NCBI GenBank assembly: GCA_034722955.1
Contig: JAYEOM010000075.1
Location: 1 to 40,230 of the forward strand
From: Campylobacterota bacterium
GTDB lineage: Bacteria; Campylobacterota; Campylobacteria; Campylobacterales; Sulfurovaceae
Reading direction: 5' to 3'
DNA: 40,230 nucleotides
Within the stretch, counting starts at the first letter, position 1; every line of letters starts with the position of its first letter. Below are positions 1 through 9,101 of this stretch, one piece after another. The notes beneath the pieces were generated by a model, which saw only the letters and a program-made list of their open reading frames with translations, was not told the origin of the DNA and ran no database searches. A program made the translations under genes and the position numbers.

Positions 1-184
1 AGAGCTATAGGGGTACTCTTCTAGCCTTTTTACCATCTTTGCTTTGAGTGGATTTTGCTCTATATAGAGCATAAAAGCACATCAACTCTTCAAAATATTT
101 GTAATCTTCTGCTTCATTGAAAATAACTCTTTGCTCTACACCTCTATTGATAATATGGTAATAACCTGCTATCTCTATGTGTGG
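1..184 (-). pseudogene. Internally deleted REP-associated tyrosine transposase (RAYT/Y1 TnpA) remnant; runs off the window
   Basis: Manual translation gives PHIEIAGYYHIINRGVEQRVIF (RAYT N-terminal motif) joined out of frame to MLYIEQNPLKAKMVKRLEEYPYSS (catalytic-Tyr/NP/YPYSS motif). The start and HUH region are missing. Confidence 0.8.
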
Positions 185-201
185 AGCTAGAGTGAGCTAG
201 G

Positions 202-225
202 GGGGTCTGGTAACAACTACAACTC
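202..225. repeat. REP-like GGGGTCTGG repeat
   Basis: GGGGTCTGGTAACAACTACAACTC matches the reverse complement of 37889-37912 at 22/24 and lies next to the RAYT remnant. Confidence 0.7.
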
Positions 226-320
226 TTTTGCTCCAAATATTAAAAGCAAAAATACTCTAAAATATAAAATGTCGCACAACCCAAGTAAAGGAGTCTTTAC
301 TTTACCTCTTCACTCTTGAG

Positions 321-346
321 AATTTCTATTGCATATTTTGGGATAA
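321..346. repeat. Partial right arm of the 16862-17026 palindromic element family
   Basis: TCTATTGCATATTTTGGGA versus TCTATTGCATATTTAGGGT at 17008-17026. Confidence 0.5.
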
Positions 347-416
347 ATAGATAAAAAGCAAAAGATTTAGCCTAAAACTATATAATATATAGAGAAGATA
401 AAAAGGTCATAAAGAA

Positions 417-992
417 ATGATAAAAATTGATGGAAACTGGAAAGCAGGATATGCCATAGACTTACATACAATAAGTAGCGTCTATCTAGGTGACGATCTT
501 GATGGTCAGCCTCAATTTGAAAATGATAGAGGTGAGATAGGAGAGCTTATAAATAGGCTCAAGTATCATTCAGATGAGACTACTATTCCAAAAATCATTG
601 AGTTAATCAACAAAAACCTAAAAAATATTAAAGCTGTTGATTTTATCATTCCTGTTCCTCCATCAAATCATAACCGAGCGTTTCAACCTGTCTATAAAAT
701 AGTTGAGGAGCTTAGTAAAAGTTCTTCTGTCCCTCTACTTGAAAATGTTATTTTAAAAACCAATATAGAAGAGTTGAAATCTATAACTAATCCTGCACAA
801 AGAGAGGCACTCCTGAGAGACTCACTAAAAGTTAACTCTCAAATAAATGTCGAAAATAAAATCATACTGCTTATAGATGATGTCTATCGGTCAGGGGCTA
901 CGGTTCGAGCAGTTACTGAGTTGCTCTACAATCAAGCCAAAGTAAAAAGTGTTTATGTATTAACTATGACCAAAACAAGGAGTAAAAGATGA
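417..992 (+). CDS. ComF-like phosphoribosyltransferase (PRTase)
   Basis: IIPVPPS and ILLIDDVYRSGAT (PRPP-binding loop); no ComF zinc ribbon; overlaps the next gene (ATGA). Confidence 0.85.
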   Translation: MIKIDGNWKAGYAIDLHTISSVYLGDDLDGQPQFENDRGEIGELINRLKYHSDETTIPKIIELINKNLKNIKAVDFIIPVPPSNHNRAFQPVYKIVEELSKSSSVPLLENVILKTNIEELKSITNPAQREALLRDSLKVNSQINVENKIILLIDDVYRSGATVRAVTELLYNQAKVKSVYVLTMTKTRSKR

Positions 993-1726
993 TAAAAAAC
1001 AGCGTCTTTATTTCAGGTTCAATCGCTATCAAAACCCTACCACAAGAGGTAAAAAATAGTATCCATAAAGTTGTTGATAACCAGATGGAAATCTTGATAG
1101 GGGATGCTCATGGTATTGATAGTTTGGTTCAAGACTATTGTTTGTCATTGAACTATTTTAATGTCACAGTTTACTCTATCTCGTCACCACCAAGATACAA
1201 TGCAAGTGATAAGTTTGATTCCAAAACAGTGACTGTCCCTGCTGAAATAAAAGGTGGCAGAGAGAGGCAGCAAAGCAAAGACAAAGCGATGACTAAAGAT
1301 AGCCAATACAGTTTTGTAATATGGGATGGAAAAAGTAAAGGAAGCTATGCCAATATAGTGCGTGCTTTTGAACAAGATAAAAAGATTAAACTCTATGCCG
1401 AAAATAGGTTTTTAGAGCAGAATGAAATCAATCAACAAAACATAGAATATATTTACCGAGAAAACAGTGGATACACAGCTTTTGAAGTAGTACAACAGTT
1501 AAAAAACATCTTTAATAGAACACAAGATTTAAATAGATATTTGGTTCAACATTCGATTATCAAAAAAGATAATAATGTCTATCAGCCGATGAGTAAGTAT
1601 GAAGATTTATTTATTATTGATAGATATAGAGGACGAGTTAAAGGTATTAAATTTCGTAGTGAGTTTTTGGGGTGGATTGAGGGGAATTTGAAAAGCGATA
1701 AGATGGTTCAGAGTGGGTTGTTTTAG
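989..1726 (+). CDS. SLOG-superfamily (DprA/YspA-like) protein with a possible C-terminal KilAC/winged-helix domain
   Basis: VFISGS...ILIGDAHGIDSLVQ...KDKAM...VIWDGKSKGS is a SLOG Rossmannoid pattern. The C-terminal LNRYLVQHSIIKKDNNVYQPMSKY resembles phage antirepressor KilAC. Confidence 0.65.
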   Translation: MIKNSVFISGSIAIKTLPQEVKNSIHKVVDNQMEILIGDAHGIDSLVQDYCLSLNYFNVTVYSISSPPRYNASDKFDSKTVTVPAEIKGGRERQQSKDKAMTKDSQYSFVIWDGKSKGSYANIVRAFEQDKKIKLYAENRFLEQNEINQQNIEYIYRENSGYTAFEVVQQLKNIFNRTQDLNRYLVQHSIIKKDNNVYQPMSKYEDLFIIDRYRGRVKGIKFRSEFLGWIEGNLKSDKMVQSGLF

Positions 1727-1776
1727 GCTTTGGATAAAATAAGTAAAAAAGGGAAATGATGTTTTTTTGGAATAAG

Positions 1777-1816
1777 GACTAAAGTGACTAAAGGCTAAAG
1801 GCAGACTAGACTAAAG
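1777..1816 (+). repeat. Degenerate short tandem repeat (GACTAAAG)n
   Basis: GACTAAAG at 1777, 1786 and 1809, plus GCTAAAG at 1794. Confidence 0.6.
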
Positions 1817-2163
1817 AGGTGATAATGATAACCTAATAACTCTTACGCCATACTTCGTCAAGGAGTGCAACATACCAAGAAAACCACGGATAGAGATAGT
1901 AGGGTATTATCATATCATTAGCAGAGGTGTAGAACAAAGAGTAAGGCTACCCACTGCCACCTACTTATGAGACAACTCAATATGAACTACTCCATCTACT
2001 TCAATAAAAAGTATAAGCGATCAGGACACCTATGGCAAGGAAGATTCAAATGCACAAGGCTACTCTCAGCATATGATTGCTAAAGTGTTGGGTATATCAC
2101 AACCTGCTGTGTTTGGGGTGATAAAGAGGAGTAGGGAGTGAGTTATCGTTATCACCTGACCCC
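1817..2163 (+). mobile_element. Collapsed RAYT locus: transposase pseudogene (1872-2141) between 16-bp inverted repeats
   Basis: AAGGAG then ATA (mutated start), followed by fragments PRKPRIEIVGYYHIISRGVEQRV / HCHLL-MRQLNMNYSIYFNKKYKRSGHLWQGRFK / QGYSQHMIAKVLGISQPAVFGVIKRSRE* (HTH). Inverted repeat 1817-1832 vs 2142-2157 (15/16), then GACCCC. Confidence 0.85.
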
Positions 2164-2202
2164 TATGCTCCTAATCAATTAAAATAACAGGGAAAGTCAA
2201 CA

Positions 2203-3216
2203 ATGAATTCAAAAAACTATTATAATCCGCATGGAGAAAATATCCTTGATGAGAAGATCTATGGGGGGTCACCTACTGGGTTTGTGGATTTCAATCGTTC
2301 CAAGTATCAATGGGATAGCAATATTTATGATGTCATGAATGCCAATACCTGGTTCCCGTCAGAGGTGAACACATCTACAGAGAAGAAAAACTTCAATCTA
2401 CTATCAGATAATGAACAGGCGATCTACAAGATGACCTTTGCACAGTTGAGCTTCAACGATAGTGCACAGGAGGAGTATCTGAGTGATTTTCGAAGATTGA
2501 CAAACAATAGACTGGTCAAAGCTGTACTCAGCCTACAGATCATGCAGGAGGTCAACCACTCGAAGAGTTATGCCGTTCTGTTAGATGCCTGTGGAAACTC
2601 AGATGAAGTCTTCAATCTATACAAATACAACGATGCCCTCAATAGAAAAAATCAGAAGATTGCTGACCAGTTTGCCAGTTATATCGATGGAGGGTCTGTT
2701 GACAAAATGCTCTTGAGTGCGATGGCAAGTGTCAATCTTGAGGGGATCTATTTTCTGCTAGGCTTTAGCTATATCTATCTGCTAGGCGACAAAGTTCCCG
2801 GTGCTCGTGATATGATCAAGTTTATTGCGAGAGATGAACTCAACTCTCACCTGCCTCTCTTTTCCAATATTTTCAAAACCATCCAGAAGGAGAACAAGAT
2901 CCAAACCAGCACAATGGACACAGCCTACAAGATGATACAGGATGCCGTGGATATAGAACTGGAGTATGGTAAATATCTACTGCACAGCTACCCTATCATG
3001 GGTACTACGGAGGAGTTGATGGAGAGAACTGTTCACAACTATGCCAATGACAGACTCAAAAAGATAGGACTCGACCCTATCTTCACAGAGAGTCCAACTA
3101 CCTATCTGCAGAAGTTAGTCACTAAACATTTGGAGATGAATGAAGTAAAGAGTAATTTCTTTGAAAGCAATGTATCCAACTATGCCAAATCGAGTATAGA
3201 TCTGGATGATTTTTAA
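2203..3216 (+). CDS. nrdB: Class I ribonucleotide reductase beta (R2) subunit, divergent
   Basis: NTWFPSEV, FNDSAQ, QEVNHSKSY (ExxH + radical Tyr), LEGIYF, RDELNSH, C-terminal NFFESNVSNYAK...DDF. Confidence 0.9.
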   Translation: MNSKNYYNPHGENILDEKIYGGSPTGFVDFNRSKYQWDSNIYDVMNANTWFPSEVNTSTEKKNFNLLSDNEQAIYKMTFAQLSFNDSAQEEYLSDFRRLTNNRLVKAVLSLQIMQEVNHSKSYAVLLDACGNSDEVFNLYKYNDALNRKNQKIADQFASYIDGGSVDKMLLSAMASVNLEGIYFLLGFSYIYLLGDKVPGARDMIKFIARDELNSHLPLFSNIFKTIQKENKIQTSTMDTAYKMIQDAVDIELEYGKYLLHSYPIMGTTEELMERTVHNYANDRLKKIGLDPIFTESPTTYLQKLVTKHLEMNEVKSNFFESNVSNYAKSSIDLDDF

Positions 3217-3219
3217 TCT

Positions 3220-5760
3220 TTGAAAAATTATAAAACTATTATCTTCACGGCACCATTGAGTGGTGTCATCTACCCTATAGAGAAGGTTCCTGATCCTGTC
3301 TTTTCTCAGAAGATGGTGGGTGATGGACTCTCTATAGATCCAACTACTCATCAACTCTGTGCACCTATCGATGGTATTGTCATACAGATACACGCTGCCC
3401 TACATGCTGTAACGCTGAGACATAGCTCAGGGCTTGAAGTGATGATGCATATAGGGCTGGATACAGTTGTATTAGAATCCAAAGGTTTCAAAGCAGAGAT
3501 CATAGAGGGTCAACAGGTTTATGAGGGTGATACTTTGATCACATTTGATATGGACTATATAGCTACACATGCCAAAAGCCTACTCACTCAGATCATCATC
3601 CTCAATGGAGAGTTGGTCAAAGCCATAGAGAAATCCAAAGGGATGGCAGAGTGCGGTATAAGTAGGCTGTTTTCTGTGACTATCGATGACTCTCTTCAAG
3701 ATTTGCACGGAGTTAAAAAGAGAGGAGAGAGTAGATCGGCAGCAACTTCCCAAACAGTGATGATCCCAAATCCTACAGGACTGCACGCTCGCCCTGCAGC
3801 TCTACTCGCCAGTATGTCCAAGGGCTTTGATGCTACAGTGAGACTCATCAAAGGGGAGGAGTCTGCCGATGCAAAGAGTATCGTGAGTATCCTCGCTCTT
3901 GATCTTCAGTATCAAGATAGTGTAAAACTTAGTGCATCAGGTAGTGATGCCAAAGAGGCGATCGATACGATCATACCACATCTCCAGAGAGGCTTTGAAG
4001 AGGAGAGTGAGTCTATCCCATCCAGAACCAAAGAAGATAGCAGGGATCATCCAGAGCCTATAGCTAGCAGTGATGACCCCAGCCTACTCATAGGTGTCGG
4101 AGCATCACCTGGTATCGCAGTAGGTGTTGCCTTCTCTATCAAAGAGAGAGAGTTCGATTTTCCAGAGGAGGCTAGAGATGCCCAAGCTGAAAGTATCCGT
4201 TTTGATAGAGCGATAGATGAGGCAAAAATAGAGCTGGAGAACTTGCACCTATCACTATCTAAACAGACGAATGGAGATGAAGCTGATATATTTATGGCTC
4301 ATCTTGAGATACTCAATGATCCCCACTTGATACAGGTCAGCAGAGATATGATAGATAGAGGCAAGAGTGCTGAGTATAGCTGGCAACAAGCCTATATACT
4401 CTATGCCAAACAGCTAGAGGGGTTGCAAAACAGGCTAATAGCGCAAAGAGCCAACGATATAAATGATGTGGGTATACGGTTACTAAATATCTTGACAGGT
4501 CAGGCATCACAATCCATACAACCTCAAGAGAGTGTCATCCTCATCGCAGAAGAGCTGACTCCCTCGTCGATAGTGAAGATCGATACCCAAAAAGTAAAAG
4601 GGTTCTGCACTACTCTAGGAGGTGCAACTTCTCATGTAGCGATCATCGCTCGTTCACTGGGTATACCAGCGATCGTAGGCATAGATAGAGGTGTACTAAA
4701 GATACTTGATGGTCAACTCTTGATACTAGATGGAGATAGAGGAGAACTCAGAGTAGATCCACCCCCAACACTCATAGCCAAAGCTCTTCAAAAGCAAGAG
4801 AGCATACTCAAAGAGAGAGCCCAAAATCTAAAACTCTCTTCCAAACCTGCTGCTACAACAGATGGAAAACCTGTAGAGATATCGACCAATATATCCAGTC
4901 TGGACGATGCCATCAGATCGGTTCAATATGGGGCTGACGGTGTTGGACTGCTACGCTCAGAGCTTCTCTTCATCGATCGGTTGAGAGCTCCTACAGAGGA
5001 TGAGCAGTATGAGATATATCGGGATATAGTTTTAGCACTTGAGGGGAGACCTCTAGTGATCCGTACACTGGATGTAGGTGGAGACAAACCTTTGGCTTGG
5101 CTCCCCCTTCCCAAAGAGGAGAATCCATTTCTAGGAGAGAGAGGGATTCGCATAGCTCTTGAGCAACCTGAGATCTTCAACATACAGGCTCGTGCAATAC
5201 TGCGGGCAAGTATTCATGGCAAGATCCGCATCATGTTCCCGATGATCAGTATGATCGATGAACTCATAGAGATCAAGAGCATGCTAGAGCATGAGCGACA
5301 AAAGCTAGGTATCCCCCCTATAGAGGTAGGTATCATGGTGGAGGTTCCATCTACTGCAATCATGGCAGAACAGTTTGCCAAAGAGGTGGACTTCTTCTCC
5401 ATCGGAACCAATGACTTGACCCAGTATACTCTGGCGATGGATAGGGATCACCCCAAGCTCGCCACTAAGATAGATACTCTAAATCCTGCTGTACTTCGTC
5501 TCATCAAGCAGACAGCCGATGGAGCACACATAGAGGGCAAATGGGTAGGTATCTGCGGTAGTATCGCCTCTGATCCTCAGGCACTCCCTATCCTGCTGGG
5601 GTTAGGGATCGATGAACTCAGTGTAACTATACCGATATTAGCAGACATCAAAGCCCAAGTGAGGCGATTATCGATGGGTTCGTCTCAAGAGATAGCACAA
5701 AAGTGTTTGGATTGTCAGAGTGCCAAAGAGGTACACAAGCTTCTAAGGCTACCCCAATGA
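3220..5760 (+). CDS. ptsP: PTS multiphosphoryl transfer protein: EIIA(Glc family)-HPr-Enzyme I fusion
   Basis: EIIA VPDPVFSQKMVGDG and MHIGLDTV; HPr GLHARPAA and DAKSI; EI GGATSHVAIIARSLGIP, RTLDVGGDK, SIGTNDLTQY and GICG. The TTG start is uncertain. Confidence 0.93.
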   Translation: MKNYKTIIFTAPLSGVIYPIEKVPDPVFSQKMVGDGLSIDPTTHQLCAPIDGIVIQIHAALHAVTLRHSSGLEVMMHIGLDTVVLESKGFKAEIIEGQQVYEGDTLITFDMDYIATHAKSLLTQIIILNGELVKAIEKSKGMAECGISRLFSVTIDDSLQDLHGVKKRGESRSAATSQTVMIPNPTGLHARPAALLASMSKGFDATVRLIKGEESADAKSIVSILALDLQYQDSVKLSASGSDAKEAIDTIIPHLQRGFEEESESIPSRTKEDSRDHPEPIASSDDPSLLIGVGASPGIAVGVAFSIKEREFDFPEEARDAQAESIRFDRAIDEAKIELENLHLSLSKQTNGDEADIFMAHLEILNDPHLIQVSRDMIDRGKSAEYSWQQAYILYAKQLEGLQNRLIAQRANDINDVGIRLLNILTGQASQSIQPQESVILIAEELTPSSIVKIDTQKVKGFCTTLGGATSHVAIIARSLGIPAIVGIDRGVLKILDGQLLILDGDRGELRVDPPPTLIAKALQKQESILKERAQNLKLSSKPAATTDGKPVEISTNISSLDDAIRSVQYGADGVGLLRSELLFIDRLRAPTEDEQYEIYRDIVLALEGRPLVIRTLDVGGDKPLAWLPLPKEENPFLGERGIRIALEQPEIFNIQARAILRASIHGKIRIMFPMISMIDELIEIKSMLEHERQKLGIPPIEVGIMVEVPSTAIMAEQFAKEVDFFSIGTNDLTQYTLAMDRDHPKLATKIDTLNPAVLRLIKQTADGAHIEGKWVGICGSIASDPQALPILLGLGIDELSVTIPILADIKAQVRRLSMGSSQEIAQKCLDCQSAKEVHKLLRLPQ

Positions 5761-5768
5761 AATAAACA
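5744..5768 (+). repeat. GGCTACCCC-family element end; supplies the ptsP stop codon
   Basis: TAAGGCTACCCCAATGAAATAAACA is a 25/25 match to the reverse complement of 37518-37542. Confidence 0.85.
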
Positions 5769-5778
5769 AGGAGAGTCA

Positions 5779-6318
5779 ATGAGACAACTATGGCAAAAAC
5801 TACTCAGTATCATCAGTCCAAACAAGAGTGAGAAGATAGAAGGTAGTATCGCAGAAGAGTTGATAGTGGCATTCGGCGGAGAGCAAAATATAAAAAATCT
5901 CTCCTCATGTATCACAAGACTCAGAGTTGAACTATATGAACTAGATCAAGCTTACCCTGAGAGACTCAAAGCACTAGGAGCAGCTGGTGTCATAACAGTA
6001 GAGAACAATATGCAAGCTATTTTTGGTACAAACTCCCAGAAGCTGATGGAGGATATGAAGCTATCTCTCTCACGAGAGAAGATATCGGCTTGGATCGCAG
6101 CACTAGGCAACCAAGAGAATATCTCTACTCTCAAATCATCTGCTTTGACACGCATAAGAGTTGAACTGATCAGCATAGATGATATAGATGAAGAGAGGCT
6201 CATAGAGGAGGGGGTAGAGGCAGTAGTGCGGATAGACCATAGCCATATCCATCTACTTGTCGGACTCAATGCAGACTACTATGCTACAGAGATAAATGCC
6301 CGACTCGGTCAGCTGTAA
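5779..6318 (+). CDS. Tandem PTS glucose-family EIIB domains without EIIC
   Basis: FGGEQNIKNLSSCITRLRV (phospho-Cys present); the second domain LGNQENI...SALTRIRV lacks Cys; own RBS AAGGAG; no TM segments. Confidence 0.85.
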   Translation: MRQLWQKLLSIISPNKSEKIEGSIAEELIVAFGGEQNIKNLSSCITRLRVELYELDQAYPERLKALGAAGVITVENNMQAIFGTNSQKLMEDMKLSLSREKISAWIAALGNQENISTLKSSALTRIRVELISIDDIDEERLIEEGVEAVVRIDHSHIHLLVGLNADYYATEINARLGQL

Positions 6319-6325
6319 AATTTTA

Positions 6326-7399
6326 TCAATTTCTTCCTATACAGTTGAGGTCTTTAAAAGCCTCTTCAAGTCTAGTAACCATTGAGGTTTCAGCAGCTCT
6401 GAGCCATTTGCGTGGATCGTATTGGCTCTTGTTTGGCTTGTCGTCACCATCAGGATTCCCTATCTGACTCTGGAGATAGTCATGGTTTTTCTGATCATAA
6501 ACTCTCACTCCATCCCAAAATGCCCACTGAGTATCTGTATCAATATTCATCTTGATAGCACCATAGCTGATCGCCTCCTTGATCTCTTCGGGTGCAGAAC
6601 CAGAGCCACCGTGGAAGACGAAGTTTACAGGTTTTTCAACAGTGTTATGTTTCTCCTGAATATATTTTTGTGAATTATCGAGTATTTTTGGAGTGAGTAC
6701 AACATTGCCCGGCTTGTAGACACCATGCACATTTCCAAAGGATGCAGCGATGGTAAACCTATCACTCACTTGGCTCAACTCCTCATAAGCGTAGTTCACC
6801 TCTTCGGGTTGTGTATAGAGCAGAGAGTTGTCTATATGGCTATTATCTACACCATCCTCTTCTCCGCCAGTAACACCCAGCTCTATCTCTAGCGTCATTC
6901 CCATCCTGCTCATGCGTTCGAGATAACTTTTGCAAGTTGCGATATTCTCTTCGATCGGCTCTTCTGAGAGATCTATCATATGAGAAGAGAAGAGCGGTGA
7001 CCCATATTTTTCAAAGTGTGCTTCACTTGCATCTAGCAGTTTGTCGATCCAAGGGAGCAGTTTGCGTGCAGCATGATCTGTATGGAGGATGACAGGTACA
7101 CCATAAGCAGCAGCTAGAGTATGAACATGTTTGGCACCAGAGATAGCACCCAATACTGCTGCCTTATCAGATGGCAAATGTTTACCGCCATAAAATACTG
7201 CACCACCATTGCTAAACTGAACAATCACTGGAGATTTAACTTTTGCTGCACTCTCAAGTACTGCATTTATTGAGTTTGTTCCTACTGCATTGACAGCAGG
7301 GATAGCAAACCCCTCCTCTTTTGCGATAGCAAATATTTTCTGGACATCATCACCTGTCACTACACCTGTTGGAACAGCATCGAGAACTCTCTTAGACAT
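6326..7399 (-). CDS. fbaA: Class II fructose-bisphosphate aldolase
   Basis: ILHTDH, SSHMIDLSE, GNVHGVY, VFHGGSG and KMNIDTD. Confidence 0.97.
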   Translation of the reverse strand: MSKRVLDAVPTGVVTGDDVQKIFAIAKEEGFAIPAVNAVGTNSINAVLESAAKVKSPVIVQFSNGGAVFYGGKHLPSDKAAVLGAISGAKHVHTLAAAYGVPVILHTDHAARKLLPWIDKLLDASEAHFEKYGSPLFSSHMIDLSEEPIEENIATCKSYLERMSRMGMTLEIELGVTGGEEDGVDNSHIDNSLLYTQPEEVNYAYEELSQVSDRFTIAASFGNVHGVYKPGNVVLTPKILDNSQKYIQEKHNTVEKPVNFVFHGGSGSAPEEIKEAISYGAIKMNIDTDTQWAFWDGVRVYDQKNHDYLQSQIGNPDGDDKPNKSQYDPRKWLRAAETSMVTRLEEAFKDLNCIGRN

Positions 7400-7418
7400 A
7401 TTTGGTTCCTTTATCTAT

Positions 7419-8006
7419 TTATTTTATGATTACTTTAGCATTTTTCATCAACTCTTTGTTGAATCTCTCTTGTTTTACCTGCATCTTGACATATTGAGCA
7501 ACCTTGTCATACTCCAGCTGCTTGCCATCTTTGCCTTTGAATACCTTCTTGTTTTTATCATAAAAGGCTTTTGCATCTTCATCACTGACCTTTATTTTTG
7601 ACATCTCCTGTTCTGCCCAGTATCTAGCTGCCAATTTATTTTTGACATCAGCAGGAACCTCTTTTTTAGATCTCTCTTCGATGATCACTGATGATGCCAT
7701 ACCATTGAGCAGTGCTTTTTTCTGAGCTTTTGGGAGAAGATCAAGATCTGTCACTTGACCTTTGCTGGCAAGTGCTACAAACTTATCAGCATCAGCTTTT
7801 TTGATAGGAAGACCATCTACTGTAGCTACTATAGCTGTAGCGGGTCTGCTTTTTGGCTTGGCATCTATATTTAGATTGTCTAGATCCACTGATGGTTTCT
7901 CTTTTTGGGCTGTAGGCATCAAAGAGCTTTTGAGCGGATCAGTTGCACTGGCATATACTGAAGTTAAAGCGAGTGCTACAGTCAGACTCAAGAGTAATTT
8001 TTTCAT
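7419..8006 (-). CDS. Secreted PEB4/SurA-like chaperone paralog lacking the parvulin domain
   Basis: Signal peptide; ATVDG..., VSDEDAKAFYDKNK and LEYDKV align with the adjacent PEB4 on both sides of its PPIase domain. Confidence 0.7.
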   Translation of the reverse strand: MKKLLLSLTVALALTSVYASATDPLKSSLMPTAQKEKPSVDLDNLNIDAKPKSRPATAIVATVDGLPIKKADADKFVALASKGQVTDLDLLPKAQKKALLNGMASSVIIEERSKKEVPADVKNKLAARYWAEQEMSKIKVSDEDAKAFYDKNKKVFKGKDGKQLEYDKVAQYVKMQVKQERFNKELMKNAKVIIK

Positions 8007-8111
8007 TTATGTTCCTTTGGGTTTGTTTGATGTAGATAGTATCAAATATTTCTATATAGCTGGATTAATAGAGCCTTGAGATGACAAGACTCTACTAGAA
8101 GTGTGGGAGTA

Positions 8112-8948
8112 CTATTGTGCTTTAGGTGCAACTTTCATATCAATCTTTGCTTTTGATCTCAACTCTTTGGCAGCCTCAGTTAGCTTGACCTGGAACTGTT
8201 TTTGCTTTAGAGTTTGAATGATCTTCTCTTTGACTTGCTCGTATGGCATTGGTGATGCCTCTTTTTTCTCCTCAAGGAGGATAACATGATAACCAAACTG
8301 AGTCTTGACAGGCACGACAGTGACTTCTCCTGTTTTTAGCTTGAAGACAGCCTCTTCAAACTCTGGAACCATCTGTCCTCTGCTGAAGCTACCTAGATCT
8401 CCCCCTTTTTTGCCTGTAGGACCAGTTGATTCACTCTTTGCCAATTCGATAAATTTAACTTTAAGTGCTTCACCGTTAAGTGTTTTCAGCTGATCTATGA
8501 CAGCTATAGCACTCTTCTCATCATTGACAAGAATATGTCTTGCTCTTACACTCTCAGGCATTTTAAACTTATCTTTGTTATCTTCATAAAACTCTTTGGC
8601 TTCACTATCACTCACGATTGCATTTGCCATCTGCTCCTTCATCCAGAGACTCACCATCAACTCATCTTGGAGTTTTACTATATTCTCTTTGTACTCAGAA
8701 CTCTTCTCTATCCCCTCTTTTTTTGCTGCTTCGATAAAGAGAACTCTCTCTATTAGACGATTGGTTATCATCTCTTTTTGCTCTGGATTTAACTCTTCAT
8801 AGTTAGCACCGGGTGCTGTAGCACGCACAAACGCTTGTGCATCTTGTTTTGTGACATTTTTGCCATCTACAGTTGCCAAAATATCTGATGCCATGAGACT
8901 TGTTGCCATCATTGCTGCTACCACTGAGACTTTTATCATTTTATTCAC
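8112..8948 (-). CDS. peb4: PEB4/Cbf2-type periplasmic PpiC peptidyl-prolyl isomerase
   Basis: VRARHILV, GGDLG, MVPEFEEAVF and TQFGYHVI. GTG start at 8948 has AAGGA upstream. Lies between nth and fba. Confidence 0.88.
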   Translation of the reverse strand: MNKMIKVSVVAAMMATSLMASDILATVDGKNVTKQDAQAFVRATAPGANYEELNPEQKEMITNRLIERVLFIEAAKKEGIEKSSEYKENIVKLQDELMVSLWMKEQMANAIVSDSEAKEFYEDNKDKFKMPESVRARHILVNDEKSAIAVIDQLKTLNGEALKVKFIELAKSESTGPTGKKGGDLGSFSRGQMVPEFEEAVFKLKTGEVTVVPVKTQFGYHVILLEEKKEASPMPYEQVKEKIIQTLKQKQFQVKLTEAAKELRSKAKIDMKVAPKAQ

Positions 8949-9101
8949 TTCTGTTTCCTTTGTGTTACATAGTTTTAAGATTAGTGAAAGTATATCGCTC
9001 AAGAGTAAATCATTTGTTAACAGTAGATGACTCAAGTTTATCTATCAAGAGTAACTATGATACTATACTGCTAAACCTTTAGAAAGTATGATAATAGATC
9101 A

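Noticed and set aside
417..992. Competence gene comF
   Set aside because: It lacks the zinc ribbon and competence context and is coupled to a SLOG gene in a mobile region.
1777..1816. Short repeats as a CRISPR array
   Set aside because: Units are 7-9 bp with no spacers; no repeat-spacer array or cas gene occurs in the window.
2203..3216. Class Ic or metal-free class Ie R2
   Set aside because: The first ligand is Asp, the radical Tyr is present, and all Glu ligands are retained.
8949..9035. N-terminal extension of PEB4 in the ORF track
   Set aside because: The RBS and signal peptide support the GTG at 8948.
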